Source of the DNA: Polyangia bacterium
GTDB lineage: Bacteria; Myxococcota_A; Polyangia; JAAYKL01
Direction: 5' to 3'
Length of the DNA stretch: 64,000 bases
Assembly (NCBI GenBank): GCA_050287845.1
Contig: JBNKCR010000034.1
Coordinates: 42,704-106,703 of the forward strand
Part shown: in pieces, positions 1 through 10,931 of the stretch
Layout of the letters: every line of letters begins with the position of its first letter
Position numbering within the stretch: position 1 is the first letter of the stretch
Notes under the pieces: model-generated
The model's input: the letters and a program-made list of their open reading frames with translations, nothing else
The model's database searches: none
Told to the model about the DNA's origin: nothing
Position numbers and translations under genes: made by a program

Positions 1-597
1 GCGGATGAGGCAGAGGCAGTGTTGTCTTACGGCCCGGGGGGCCCTATCGATATCAATTTAGGTGTGGCAAAGAAGCAGCTGGAAGACATGGGGGCAGTTC
101 ATCCGATACCGCAGAAGTTGTTGGCCGCATGGTGGATGAAACCGGGAAGCTATACGTTTGATTTGCAGTTGAAGAGTGGTCAAAAGATGTTCCTCAAGCA
201 CCAGGAAATCACCGGGCCACACAGTATTATCGATCTGCAAAAAGAAAATTGGCCGGCATATGTGGTTGTGGAAGAAATCCCGCCGAACACCAGGCTGATG
301 CTGAAAGGTGTAAACCCACAGACCGTGCTGGTTGATCTGCCCGAACAGACGGAACGAACGCGGAATTTTGAAATTTCGGTGCCTCGTCCGGGGAACTATG
401 AGCTGATTGTCACCCGAAAAGGATATCGGGATATTGGGCAGCGCGTAAAAATGGATGCGGGCCAACGGCAGGCGGTGTACCTGGATTTCAGACAGAAACC
501 ACTCTTTCGAAAATGGCAATTCTGGGTGGGAATTGGTGTGGCAGCAGCCGTGTTTGCCGGCGCGTCAGTGCCAATGGTGTATGCCGCCAGGCATTGA
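1..597 (+). CDS. 5'-partial protein with PEGA-like domain and C-terminal transmembrane helix
   Basis: Frame is open from base 1. Contains PGNYELIVTRKGY (PEGA-like) and KPLFRKWQFWVGIGVAAAV (basic patch plus TM helix), a tail typical of myxobacterial PEGA proteins. Confidence 0.55.
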   Translation, partial: ADEAEAVLSYGPGGPIDINLGVAKKQLEDMGAVHPIPQKLLAAWWMKPGSYTFDLQLKSGQKMFLKHQEITGPHSIIDLQKENWPAYVVVEEIPPNTRLMLKGVNPQTVLVDLPEQTERTRNFEISVPRPGNYELIVTRKGYRDIGQRVKMDAGQRQAVYLDFRQKPLFRKWQFWVGIGVAAAVFAGASVPMVYAARH

Positions 598-847
598 TGC
601 CATCAGAATGAAAACACTTCTGCTGTATAATTTTTAAAATATAAAAATTTGTTGGTTTACAAGTCGTTAAATACGGTTTTCTTGCGGGATGTACTGCAAT
701 TGTTGACTGCGTTTTCTGGGGATAGTGGTAGTGTTCGATGGAACGCCGTATATGGCGTTGGCAAATAAAATTCTCAGACTTGTCCCAGTTTTGACGATAC
801 CGGGAACTATTATAAAAATTGAAATGCATTTTTTTTGGAGGTGTATA

Positions 848-3049
848 ATGAAGAGCTTACTCAGGTTAATTCTTTTACTTTGTCTATTGTTCGGTGTGGT
901 GTCGTGCGGTGGGGAGAACGAACCATCGGACGATGGCACAAACAGTGACAGCGATTCGGACAGTGACACGGATAGCGACAGCGATTCGGATAGCGACAGC
1001 GATTCGGATAGCGACAGTGATTCGGATGGCGACAGTGATTCGGACAGCGACAGCGATTCGGACAGTGACAGCGATTCGGACAGCGACAGCGATTCGGACA
1101 GCGACACGGATAGCGACAGCGATTCGGACACGGACAGTGACAGCGATTCGGACACGGACAGCGACAGCGATTCGGACACGGACAGTGATTCCGATTCAGA
1201 TACGGACACCGATTCCGATGCAGACGATCCTTGCGGCGGCACGGGCGTGATTTCAAATTTTGACGATGGGAAGCCATCTGTGAACGATGTCACCAATTCC
1301 GGACTGAAGAATGCGGAATGGGGCACGTTTGACGATGGTTCCGGTACCATCGATATGGCTGTGGAAGATGGCGGCTCCGGTACCTGCGGCAAAAACGCTC
1401 TGCACGTATCCGGATCCGGTTTCAGTAGCTGGGGGTGCGGTGCGGAGTTCTTTCTGAAGGGAACTTATGATCCGCCCAACAACGTGACCGAACCGGTGGA
1501 TCTGGGTGACTATGTGGGGATTCAGTTTGCCGCCAAAGTGGGTTCCAATCATGCCAATCCGGTGCGAATGAACGTGGTGATGCCCGAAACCGAAAGCATT
1601 GACAATGCGCCCAACAATGGGGGCTCCTGCGATCCCGATGAAGAAGGGTCTGATGCCTGTAACGATCATATGGGCCGTTTCTTCTGGACCGAAGAAGACA
1701 ACCCGAGTCTGGCACTGCCAATGACCGGCGAATGGCAGACATTCACGTTCTGTTTTGACAAAGATCTCTTTCCCCAGTGGCTTCCCAGCAATGTCAGCGC
1801 GGAACAGCGACGTACATTGGCGAAGCGATTTTTGAAACTGCAGTTCCAGTTCAACAAGAGCCTCGATGTGCAGGCAACCGTGTTCAACAGCAGCAATCCC
1901 ACTCTGCATTCCCTCGCTGATCCATTTGATCTCTGGTTGGATGATGTACGGTTGATAAAGGATGCATCACTCTGTGACAACGATCCGACCTCCGATTGGG
2001 AACCAATTAACACACCGGGCGGTTCCTGTGAGATTGCACCGGAGGCAGCCCGATTTAATGGGTTTATCGAAGACCTGTACGAACACTGGAAAGAAGAGTT
2101 CCTCGAAGGGGGACGTGTCATGATGCCGGAACAGATGGGAGATGGGACGACCTCGGAGTCTCAGGGATATGGCATGCTGTTGTCGGTGAGCATGAACGAT
2201 CGGGAGACGTTTGACAAAATCTGGGCGGAAACCCAGACAAAGCTTTCCGGTGGTGTGGTAACCTGGTCCTGGGGTGGCGGTCAGGGCTCTGCGACCGACG
2301 GTGACGAAGATGTGGCCTATGCCCTGATTCTTGCCGATGCCAGAGGCTGGGGAACCGGCGGTGACGCGGCCAACATGGTCAAGGCAATCTGGAGCAATGA
2401 TGTGAGCGCCGCAGAACCGAGAATCAAGCTGGGCAGTCAATACGATGTCGCATTCAACCCGTCCTACTTTGCCCCGTATTTCTATCGAAAATTTGCAGAC
2501 ATCGATTCGGGCAACTGGAGTGGCGTCATCAGCAGTGGCTATGGTACGGTTTCTTCGTGTCAGGCCGGAAATGGATTGGTCGCTGACTGGTGCAGTTTCA
2601 GCGGCGATGCGACTTCTGCCAGCAGCGTAGGAGCGCAGGTGTGCGGTGAAGGCATGTGCGGTGATACCGTTTACGCCTATGAGGCCGCCCGAATGGGCTT
2701 GCGGTTGGGCGTGGATGCCTGCTGGGGGTCCGGTTCCAATGCATCTGGCATTCTGGGGGATCTGGTGTCCTTCTTTGCTGACCGTTTTGACGGCGGTGAT
2801 TCACTGGGAAAAATGGAAGCCGGTTATCTGCTGACCGGAACTCCCCACAACAGTGCAGTGGAGAATCAGGCATCCTTCATTGGCCCGCTGGGGATTGCCG
2901 CCAAATCCACCGGAGACAGTGGCGTATTGGACAACGCGTTCAGAACCACTATGGATATACTCGAATCACCTCAGTTCAATCGGGTGTATTATTCCACGTC
3001 GCTGGGCATCATGTCTCTGCTTGAAATGTCCGGTAACGTTCCTCACTGA
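848..3049 (+). CDS. Lipoprotein glycoside hydrolase family 8 (endoglucanase-like) with Ser-Asp stalk and CBM11-like domain
   Basis: SD GGAGG lies before ATG 848. Lipobox VVSC, then an SD-repeat, then a beta-sandwich-like region (ISNFDDG...GIQFAAK...WLDDVRL). GH8 motifs: [41 protein letters not shown]. Confidence 0.85.
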   Translation: MKSLLRLILLLCLLFGVVSCGGENEPSDDGTNSDSDSDSDTDSDSDSDSDSDSDSDSDSDGDSDSDSDSDSDSDSDSDSDSDSDSDTDSDSDSDTDSDSDSDTDSDSDSDTDSDSDSDTDTDSDADDPCGGTGVISNFDDGKPSVNDVTNSGLKNAEWGTFDDGSGTIDMAVEDGGSGTCGKNALHVSGSGFSSWGCGAEFFLKGTYDPPNNVTEPVDLGDYVGIQFAAKVGSNHANPVRMNVVMPETESIDNAPNNGGSCDPDEEGSDACNDHMGRFFWTEEDNPSLALPMTGEWQTFTFCFDKDLFPQWLPSNVSAEQRRTLAKRFLKLQFQFNKSLDVQATVFNSSNPTLHSLADPFDLWLDDVRLIKDASLCDNDPTSDWEPINTPGGSCEIAPEAARFNGFIEDLYEHWKEEFLEGGRVMMPEQMGDGTTSESQGYGMLLSVSMNDRETFDKIWAETQTKLSGGVVTWSWGGGQGSATDGDEDVAYALILADARGWGTGGDAANMVKAIWSNDVSAAEPRIKLGSQYDVAFNPSYFAPYFYRKFADIDSGNWSGVISSGYGTVSSCQAGNGLVADWCSFSGDATSASSVGAQVCGEGMCGDTVYAYEAARMGLRLGVDACWGSGSNASGILGDLVSFFADRFDGGDSLGKMEAGYLLTGTPHNSAVENQASFIGPLGIAAKSTGDSGVLDNAFRTTMDILESPQFNRVYYSTSLGIMSLLEMSGNVPH
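943..1220 (+). repeat. Ser-Asp(-Thr) dipeptide repeat inside the GH8 gene
   Basis: Tandem GACAGCGATTCG-type units encoding (SD)n with occasional T. Confidence 0.95.
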
Positions 3050-3093
3050 ATCTATCCATTTTCCCGGAGTCGTGCTGACCGAAACGTCGAAGG

Positions 3094-4464
3094 TTACTTT
3101 TCCGCGCCGGCATCCCGGGTGCAGGCGATCGTATAAGTGTTGTCCCCGTTCGGTTCTGGCCCCACGATGACCGGAGAACCGGTGCGTTTGTCGATACCCC
3201 AGTACGCATCCGTACCTGTCACCCTTGTTGCACTGAGGATGACAGACGATGTCGGTGGTCCCCAGTTCAGTTCCTGGGGAAGCCAGGTGTGGAGAAACGA
3301 ATCTGCGCCCAGAAGCGGGCACACGGCGCATGACCCTTCTTCAAAATATGACGGTCCCAGTCCGCATTCAGTGGCCGGTTCATAGTGGTACGCAATCAGA
3401 CTCGGATCCTTGTCGTAATCATCAATCACCAGCGATTTGCAATCCGCTTCAGCGCAGGCGGTATCGGTGCATGAGCCGATGTCACACTGTCCGTCGCTTT
3501 CATTGGTTTCGCACCCCCGAATGAGACTTCGAACTTCGTCAATGGTGGCCAAACGCCAGTCCGTGTACCGCTGGCTGTAGTTCAGTTGGCTGCATGAATC
3601 GGCGGTGAGCTGCGCTTCAGCGATATTCAGGGAAGGCAGGTATTGAAAGCCATTGATGGGCCACATCAGTTGGGTGCTGGAATCCAGACACGCATGTTTC
3701 CCGTCGAAATCGCATTCGAATCCCGGGGTTGGGTGCCATTCATATTTGCATCGACAAGCTTCGGGGGCATTGGCATCCAGAGTGGTTTCCCCATATGCGA
3801 TACAACCGTTCAATTCGCTTTCTGCGCCAGTAATCGTCCAACAGGGTGCAACTCCGACAAACGTGGCATCGCCCACGGTCAGGTATACAGGTCTTCCTTC
3901 AGCTTGCCCGAGTCCTTCAATGATTTGCTGGTGGCACTCCTCTTCGTTCCCCTCTCCGCCTCCCACGTAGGTGCAGAATCCCCTGGATTCTTCTGTTTCG
4001 CAGGTTTCCTCGTCGGAATACGTGTGCATTTCCACCCATTGGCAGTCCGCCCAGCAATCGTCGCATTCGAAGTTCACGTGGGCGACAATTTGCGAGCTGG
4101 CTTCGCATTCGTCCGGGCTGGCAGATAGTTCGCAGCGACGCACCCGTTCTTCCAGGGTCAGAACGGGTCGGGTATCGGTTTCAGATTCGAAATCTTCGCT
4201 TGAATCGTCAGTGGGGATATCGATAGTCGAATCTGACTCGGAATCTCCTTGTGCACCCACGGTTGCGCTGTCGGTGACCGAATCTCCTGTGACTGAATCG
4301 CCCGGAGCGTCGGTTGGAGACGCCGTGTCGGTTGGAGATACCGTGTCGATTCCGGAATCAATGGGCGTTACCGCGTCGGCCTCGTGTTTGAAAGTGCACG
4401 AAAGCAGACCGAAAACTGCTGTCAGATAAAAAAATGAAAACAGAAGAGGGAATAGCTTTTTCAT
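3094..4464 (-). CDS. Cys-rich lipoprotein with C-terminal DUF1566/Lcl-like domain
   Basis: Start MKKLFPLL with SD AGGAG. Lipobox LLSC and D/S/T linker. DSSTQLMW...YTDWRLATIDEVRSL is the Lcl (DUF1566) pattern. Confidence 0.7.
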   Translation of the reverse strand: MKKLFPLLFSFFYLTAVFGLLSCTFKHEADAVTPIDSGIDTVSPTDTASPTDAPGDSVTGDSVTDSATVGAQGDSESDSTIDIPTDDSSEDFESETDTRPVLTLEERVRRCELSASPDECEASSQIVAHVNFECDDCWADCQWVEMHTYSDEETCETEESRGFCTYVGGGEGNEEECHQQIIEGLGQAEGRPVYLTVGDATFVGVAPCWTITGAESELNGCIAYGETTLDANAPEACRCKYEWHPTPGFECDFDGKHACLDSSTQLMWPINGFQYLPSLNIAEAQLTADSCSQLNYSQRYTDWRLATIDEVRSLIRGCETNESDGQCDIGSCTDTACAEADCKSLVIDDYDKDPSLIAYHYEPATECGLGPSYFEEGSCAVCPLLGADSFLHTWLPQELNWGPPTSSVILSATRVTGTDAYWGIDKRTGSPVIVGPEPNGDNTYTIACTRDAGAEK

Positions 4465-4520
4465 TATGCGCTCCTGTGGATACGGATGGTGTTCCATCAT
4501 TATCAAACATCTGTCTATAC

Positions 4521-4535
4521 ACAACAACCGTGCCA
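4521..4535 (-). promoter_or_regulatory. Possible sigma-54 (-24/-12) promoter for the DUF1566 lipoprotein gene
   Basis: Minus strand reads TGGCACG-GTTG-TTGT against consensus TGGCACG-N4-TTGC, about 57 nt upstream of the start. Confidence 0.4.
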
Positions 4536-4729
4536 TGATTGACGACTGATTTCATTCAGCATATCGGCACCGTGAGACACGGTTGCTACACGCCAGGAGA
4601 TGTACCGGCGAGTCAGGACCATCCTTGTTTCGGTACATTTTTATTCGGAAGGCGGTTATTTTACCGGTCCAGTAAATGTGATCCAATGAGATTGTTTTTC
4701 TGGCACAGAATGTGTCAGTTCCTCGCGAT

Positions 4730-5272
4730 TCAGAACTGGCTGAAGAAATCCAGTATGGTCTGGGGCGCGGTCTCCCGTGGGTAGTTGTGTCCCTCCTCCG
4801 GATCGGTGTATGTGCACCAGACAACCGGATAGCCTTCGTTGCAGCCGTTGTAATCAACACAGTCAAGACCGGTTGCCGCATAGGTTGCTGAATCGGAAGT
4901 GCATCCGTTTTTTCCAGGCCAGTAGTCCCGGCTCCCTTTCCCCGATGTGATATCCACGGTGGTATCGTTGGTACCGTGAATCACCATGACGGCGAGTTCG
5001 CCCACGCATCCCGGGTCGAATCCACCCCACGATGGACCGCCACCGGATACCGGCGCAATGCCGCGAAGCACATCACCCCGGTGACATCCCAGGTAGTTGC
5101 TGAAAAAACCGCCCATACTGTGTCCGGAAGCAAAAATTCGATTTTCGTCGATACACAGAATTTTTTTCATGTGGGCCACCAGGTCGTCGAAAAAAAATAA
5201 ATCCGTATCGCCATCGGTTATCCAGCGGGTTTCGCCTTCTGCCCCCAGTGCGTCCGGATGCACGGTAATCAT
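4730..5272 (-). CDS. Alpha/beta-hydrolase (PHB depolymerase/feruloyl-esterase-like), apparently N-terminally truncated
   Basis: CIDENRIFASGHSMGG (nucleophile Ser), IHGTNDTTV (Asp) and EGHNYP (His). The usual N-terminal strands and signal peptide are absent, and there is an in-frame TGA at 5333-5335. Confidence 0.65.
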   Translation of the reverse strand: MITVHPDALGAEGETRWITDGDTDLFFFDDLVAHMKKILCIDENRIFASGHSMGGFFSNYLGCHRGDVLRGIAPVSGGGPSWGGFDPGCVGELAVMVIHGTNDTTVDITSGKGSRDYWPGKNGCTSDSATYAATGLDCVDYNGCNEGYPVVWCTYTDPEEGHNYPRETAPQTILDFFSQF

Positions 5273-5409
5273 TTCTTCCTGCCAGGCGGACAGGGTATTT
5301 CCATACCAGCGATCTGGCGGATAAATATGGCTTCATTATGACATGTCAGAAACCGCTATGGTGAAAAAAGTATGGCGCGATATGGGGAAACGACAAGGGG
5401 AGTGTGGAT

Positions 5410-5784
5410 TCAGACGGCAATCGGGAAAATCTCCGCCCTGGACAATTTTCTGAAATTCCGATAGTTGACTTTCGACGCAGATCGCGACGATGCCTGCAAT
5501 TCGATGGTATCGAATGCATCCCCGAGAGTTGCATACAAATCCCGTCCATCTCCCGGACGGGAGGACCTTCGGACAGAGAGCGTTTTGCCGGGAACGCGGG
5601 CTGTAATGGTAACCGCTCTCGGATTCTGGGTTCGATGCTGCTGATGCGGAGAGGATACTGTCACGCAGCACTGAACAATATCACCATGTATTTTTTTCAG
5701 CCTCCGGAATTTGTTCTCTATATATTGGATAAGATGATCCGTGTGGGGCGTGTCTTTGAAGGTTATGGACAAGGCATTTCTCAT
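5410..5784 (-). CDS. HPF/RaiA-family ribosome-associated protein
   Basis: Pattern LSITFKD...YIENKFRRL...CCVTVSSPHQQH...VPGKTL...DLYATLGDAFD; SD AAGGAGG. Confidence 0.7.
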   Translation of the reverse strand: MRNALSITFKDTPHTDHLIQYIENKFRRLKKIHGDIVQCCVTVSSPHQQHRTQNPRAVTITARVPGKTLSVRRSSRPGDGRDLYATLGDAFDTIELQASSRSASKVNYRNFRKLSRAEIFPIAV

Positions 5785-6056
5785 GGGTTGACCTCCTTGA
5801 ATCGCGTTTGTTGCTGAATCTGTTACGTACTCTCAGGATATAACGCCGGTGCCGTGGAATTATTTCCGATATCGTCGGACAAAAATGACGCGCCGGACTG
5901 GATGCAGCAGCGAGGTGGTCGTACAATTGGCGGGCGCCCTGATTTATATTTCAGATCATATACCTGTCTGTTTTAAAGGGTATTTTCTGGAGCGTTCCGT
6001 GCAAAAGGTGTTACCATGGCATACTTGATGACGCTCAGAAACATTCAAATGCGATA

Positions 6057-9000
6057 ATGGCCAGAAGACTCAGACTACAGAACCGCAAAGATCGCCGACG
6101 CTTTCAGAGGCCGGTGCGGGAATATACCGATAAGCCGAATTCCAATGGGTTTTCTCTGAAGTTCGCCGGTGGCAGAGGGATCCTGGAATTGTCGGGGGAA
6201 TCGATTTTCGATGGGATTACGGTTGAATTGCTGGAAATGGTTATCGATAATATCGCATTTCCGTTCGATGTGTCCCGGGGAGTTTCCGGACTGGCCAGCC
6301 GGCGGCTGAAATTACACCGGATATCAATCGAAGTCGCTCTTGATGCCGTTTCCGGGTATCTGTCTCAACGCATTGCACACAACCCGTGGATGCACGGGCT
6401 GGAGCTGGCTTTCTATGACGATCATATATCGGTTTCTCTGATGTATGGCCCGGTAGAGACGGCCGTTCCATTCAGCTTTCGCCTGATACCGGTTTCCTGG
6501 CAGAATGCTTTTGCGCTGATGATTGACGACGTGCGATGCTATGGGGCAATGCCTGCACCTCTTTTCAGTATCAGCGCCATATGTGCCACCGAACTGACGG
6601 GCTTCGAGATGGAAGGCAGTTTTGTCATTCCGAAAAATCCCGTGAAGCTGGCGCTGCTGCATCTGCTTCCGGCGAAAGGGTGGCGGTTGCCGTCGTATGA
6701 TGACGTGCAGGTGGAGGAATTTTCCCTGCAGTCGCGTCGGTGCAGTATTTCTTTTAAAGCGGAAAGTGGTTCGGATTCCAGCGGGGATATTTTACGGACA
6801 CTGTTGAGTATGCCCACTCTCAAACGGTTTGAGGAACTTCGTGCCAGCCGGGATGTGGACACGCTGATTGCAAGGGGGATGATGGATGAGGCGCGACGTC
6901 AACTGTCTGGACAGTTCAATCGGACGCCGGATAATCCGTCGGTGGTGACCCGTCTGGCGATGCTCAACATTCTGGAACCCACACTGCGCAGGGCCGAGCT
7001 CAAGCGCCTGCTGGAAAAACTGTCCGTCTGGCAGAATCGCTCCGACGCTCTTTCAATCGTTGCCCATGGGGCCGCGCTGGATGGTGATGTGGAGATGGAA
7101 ATGACGGCGCTGGCACAGCTTTTTGAATCGGGAACCCCCGCCGAAAAGGTGTTGACCGCGCTTCGCATTGCGGAGGTGGTGGGAAATACGGAACCCTCCC
7201 GGGCGATCGGGTTTCTGGAACAGGCAGCCAGCGTGCGACGGGATAATCCGGAGGTGTTGCTGGCTCTGATGGAACTGTATGGGGTGGAGCGGGACATTGC
7301 CCGTCTCAAAACGGTCATCAGCAGATGGACTGTCATTCACAGTGAGCAGGTGGAACAATCGGCCGCACATCTGGAGGCGGGTCGGGTGCTGCTGAGCGTA
7401 TCCGAATGGTATGCCGCGGCAGCGCATTTTGAAAATGTGCTGGTTGCCGATCCCCAGAATGAGGATGCGCAATGGGGACTGGCCGCAGCCCTTGCAGGCA
7501 AAGGGGATGCACCGCGGGCCATCACGGCGTATGAGCAACTGGCCGAGAAAAGTCGAAAAAAGGGCGCAGACCACACCTGGGCGGAAGCGCTTGCTCACAT
7601 CGGCGCACTCTGGCTGGAACAGGAAGAGCCTGAACTGGCGGTATCCAGACTGCAGGAGTCCATCGGTGTGAATCCGGACAGCGTCGTGCAGATGAAACTG
7701 GCTGAGGCGTTGATAACCCTCGGGCGCTTTGAGCAGGCGGTGATGCATTACGAGGAAGCATTGGAAACCGCGCCCCGCAAAGATGATGCATTTGGAAAAG
7801 GGGCATTGACTCTGGCCAGACTTTTTTTTCAGGAACTTGAAGACTTTGATGCGGCCAGACACTGGATTGAGCAGGCGAAGCGAATTGAAAGCGTCCGGGC
7901 TGAAGCTCTGGAACTCAATATCCAGGTTCTGGAAAAGCAGAAAAAATGGCGGGAACTCGCTGTGGCCCTGGAGCGGAATCTGCTGAAGGAAGGACCGAAT
8001 GCCTCCCTGGATACTGTGGCGCGATTGGCCAGAGCCAGAATTGCCGCGGGAGAATTGACCTCGGCTATATCGACCATTGAAAGCGCGTTGGCGCAGCATC
8101 CCCATCACGCCATATTGCTCGATGTGTATATCGATGCTCTCCGGCGTCACAAAGATCACGACCGACTGGCGGATGCACTGCAGCGACGGGTCGAAACCAT
8201 TTCTTCGGACGAAACGCGGGTGCGATTGTTGACCGAGCTTGGCCAGGTACAGCATGGTACCGGAAAGGTGGCGGATTCGCTGTCGGCCTTCAGGGAAGCA
8301 GTGACACTGGCACCCGGGAATATGACCGCTCGGGCCGGACTGGTCGAAGCGATGCGTGCCACACACGATGAGCGCCTGCCGGATGAGCTGAACCGGTTGA
8401 TTGCCATGTACGATGAAGAGGGAGAGGTGACTAAAGTTGCCGAGACCCAGTTCGCACTCGCCGAAGAGTTGTTCCGGGTCGGGGAAAGCCGAAAGGCGAT
8501 TTCACTGGTAAAGGAGGCCCTGCCCAGGCTGGGCGGCGGAAAGCGAAAAGGGGCGACGCTTCTGGTCATGGCGCAATCCCTGCTGGCGGAAAAGGAATAT
8601 GCCATTGCCAGAGAAATTCTGGAAGGCATCGAGCCGGATGGCGATGCGGTGGACGGGTTTTCGGTATCGCTGTCGCTGGCCACGGCGTCATATCACCAGG
8701 GGGACTTTGAAATGGCGTACCGATCAGCGGTGGCCGCCGGGTCGGGACCGGTCGCTCTCCGCGGCAAGGCGCTACGGATACTGGTGGATGCGGCGATTCA
8801 TATTGGAAAATTGCGCGATGCATTGGGCGTTTTAAAACGTGTGGCTGAAAATATCGGAGAGGACGAAGCCATGGCGTTACTGGAATACGGCGCGGATCTG
8901 GCGTGGCGGGAACTGGAAGATATTCGGTTGGCCCGGGATTTTTACGAGAGTATCTTTGCGCTTTCTCCCGACAACGATCGGGCGCGGAATCGATTGATTG

Positions 9001-10931
9001 CACTGCTTGAAAACAGCGGACATCGCGCGGAGCTGGCAAGAAGTCTGGTGCGGTTTTTCAGTGGAAAACTTTCCGGCATCGGCGAGGTGAAACGGGCGGC
9101 GGATTTTTTTCTGGCGGATGGGCTGTTTGATGAGGCGGTGTCCGCGTTGCGTGATGCGTATCGGTTGGCGCCTGAGGTGGAGACCGCCAGAATGCTGGCC
9201 AATGCACTTGCCCGGGCAGGCCGGGACACCGAGTCCAGGCAATTGTTGATGGATATTGCCGGTGAGGATAGTCATGCCCGGGATCAATTGCTTACCCACT
9301 ATGAATCCCGGGGTGAGCTGGATGAGATGGTGGCGCTGCTCACCGCAAGTCAGTCCGGTGATCGCAGGGACGAAGAAAAGCGTTTGGAAAAACTGGCCCG
9401 GGTGCTTCAGCTGAAAGGCGATGATTTACAGGCGGCGGGATATTATCTTGAAGCGGCGGAATTGTCGGAATCGGATGACACTGTCCGGGAAATGTATGCG
9501 CGGGTAATAGAGATTGCCGTGAATCGGGTGCACCCGCAGATGTATGCCCGGGCGCTGGACGGAATGAAGGGGTTCACGTCTGAAGAGCAGATGGCGGAAA
9601 TGAAGCTGACGCTGTCGGTGATGTATTTTCGCAATGACATGGCCGAAGAGGCGTCGCTGCTGCTGGAACCCGAAGACTGTCTTCGTGCTCTTTCTCTGGA
9701 ACAGCTGCTGAAAGCGGTAGAGGAAAATCGGGAGATGGGCCCCCTGGTCCACCGGGTTCTCGAATATGCGGTGGAACAGGAAAAATGGGCAGAAGCGGAT
9801 CAACTTCTCACGATATTGCTCTTTTTCGAAAAGGACGATGGCCGCTACGGGTTGCTCAAAAGGCGGGCGGAACTTCGGTCGCAGCATCTCGGTGATAGGG
9901 ACGGGGCAGCCTCGGACTGGATGGAAATCGGAGAATATTATCAGAAGGAACTCGAAAACGAAGCAGAAGCTATGGCGTGTTTCCGGCGAAGTCTGACGTT
10001 GAACGGCGCAAATATGCAGGCATTGATGCAACTGGGGGAGCGCGCGTATTCCATCCGGGATTGGGAGGAACTTGGCGCGTTGCTCCAGCTGGCAGCGGGT
10101 GTGAGCTGGCATCCGCGGGTTGCGCTGTGGAAAGCGCTGATTGCGGAAATGGCAGGTCGGACCGAAGAAGCGTTTGCATTATATGAAGAGTTGCAGGATC
10201 GGGCACCACAGATGGACGAGGCAAACGAGGGATATTTACGCACGGTTCCCGAAGAAGGCTATGAAGGCAATGTGCGGCAGGCGCTGGCGGTGGTCCGACG
10301 TCAGGGGGGATTGGGTCAGATGTCAGCGGCGGTGCATCGGAAAGCAGCGCGGGCGTATCTGGCAGGCACCGAAATGGACAACGCCAGACGCCATCTTGAA
10401 ATTGCACTGAGCCTGGAGCCCCTCGACCGGAATTCGCTGTTGCTGCTGGCCCATGTATATGAAGCCGGCGGGCAATCGTCCGCGCGCGCATATACTCTCG
10501 AAAAAGTGGCGGAACTGGTAACCGGGGATGAGCGCATCGATTACTTCGTGGCGAGCGGTCGAATATTTCTGGATGAGTTGAACGACCCGGTTCGCGCAAT
10601 GAATCTCTTCACACGGGCGGCGGCCATTTCCAGAAATGAGCCGGATGTGCTGCTGGGGCTTGCGGATTGCTCCTGGGCCATTGGCGAATGGGGCGGCGTG
10701 ACATCCAGTCTGGAGCGGCTCCGCCTGGTGGCCCCCCACCTGGCCATTGACGCGGTTCGAATGTATCGGTTTGCCGCGGCGCTGTTCAGAACCGGAGAAT
10801 GGCCGGTAGCCGATGTGCTGGAACTGCTGGAACGCACCATCCCGGTGTTGACCGGCAGTGAACGGCAGGACGCTGAAGCGCTGGATGAAAAATTGAAACT
10901 GGAGTTGGCCTCCAGGAAGGGACGGAAATGA
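6057..10931 (+). CDS. Very large tetratricopeptide-repeat protein (1624 aa)
   Basis: Many TPR-like helical repeats (e.g. AAAHFENVLVADPQNEDAQWGLA) follow a non-TPR N-terminal region of about 250 aa. Stop overlaps the prmA start (ATGA). Confidence 0.8.
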   Translation: MARRLRLQNRKDRRRFQRPVREYTDKPNSNGFSLKFAGGRGILELSGESIFDGITVELLEMVIDNIAFPFDVSRGVSGLASRRLKLHRISIEVALDAVSGYLSQRIAHNPWMHGLELAFYDDHISVSLMYGPVETAVPFSFRLIPVSWQNAFALMIDDVRCYGAMPAPLFSISAICATELTGFEMEGSFVIPKNPVKLALLHLLPAKGWRLPSYDDVQVEEFSLQSRRCSISFKAESGSDSSGDILRTLLSMPTLKRFEELRASRDVDTLIARGMMDEARRQLSGQFNRTPDNPSVVTRLAMLNILEPTLRRAELKRLLEKLSVWQNRSDALSIVAHGAALDGDVEMEMTALAQLFESGTPAEKVLTALRIAEVVGNTEPSRAIGFLEQAASVRRDNPEVLLALMELYGVERDIARLKTVISRWTVIHSEQVEQSAAHLEAGRVLLSVSEWYAAAAHFENVLVADPQNEDAQWGLAAALAGKGDAPRAITAYEQLAEKSRKKGADHTWAEALAHIGALWLEQEEPELAVSRLQESIGVNPDSVVQMKLAEALITLGRFEQAVMHYEEALETAPRKDDAFGKGALTLARLFFQELEDFDAARHWIEQAKRIESVRAEALELNIQVLEKQKKWRELAVALERNLLKEGPNASLDTVARLARARIAAGELTSAISTIESALAQHPHHAILLDVYIDALRRHKDHDRLADALQRRVETISSDETRVRLLTELGQVQHGTGKVADSLSAFREAVTLAPGNMTARAGLVEAMRATHDERLPDELNRLIAMYDEEGEVTKVAETQFALAEELFRVGESRKAISLVKEALPRLGGGKRKGATLLVMAQSLLAEKEYAIAREILEGIEPDGDAVDGFSVSLSLATASYHQGDFEMAYRSAVAAGSGPVALRGKALRILVDAAIHIGKLRDALGVLKRVAENIGEDEAMALLEYGADLAWRELEDIRLARDFYESIFALSPDNDRARNRLIALLENSGHRAELARSLVRFFSGKLSGIGEVKRAADFFLADGLFDEAVSALRDAYRLAPEVETARMLANALARAGRDTESRQLLMDIAGEDSHARDQLLTHYESRGELDEMVALLTASQSGDRRDEEKRLEKLARVLQLKGDDLQAAGYYLEAAELSESDDTVREMYARVIEIAVNRVHPQMYARALDGMKGFTSEEQMAEMKLTLSVMYFRNDMAEEASLLLEPEDCLRALSLEQLLKAVEENREMGPLVHRVLEYAVEQEKWAEADQLLTILLFFEKDDGRYGLLKRRAELRSQHLGDRDGAASDWMEIGEYYQKELENEAEAMACFRRSLTLNGANMQALMQLGERAYSIRDWEELGALLQLAAGVSWHPRVALWKALIAEMAGRTEEAFALYEELQDRAPQMDEANEGYLRTVPEEGYEGNVRQALAVVRRQGGLGQMSAAVHRKAARAYLAGTEMDNARRHLEIALSLEPLDRNSLLLLAHVYEAGGQSSARAYTLEKVAELVTGDERIDYFVASGRIFLDELNDPVRAMNLFTRAAAISRNEPDVLLGLADCSWAIGEWGGVTSSLERLRLVAPHLAIDAVRMYRFAAALFRTGEWPVADVLELLERTIPVLTGSERQDAEALDEKLKLELASRKGRK

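Noticed and set aside
667..1392. Ser/Leu-rich or Arg/Cys-rich alternative-frame ORFs over the acidic repeats
   Set aside because: They are by-products of stop-free repeat DNA.
3094..3700. DUF1566/Lcl domain as a diversity-generating retroelement target
   Set aside because: No reverse transcriptase and no adenine-mismatched template repeat is visible in the window.
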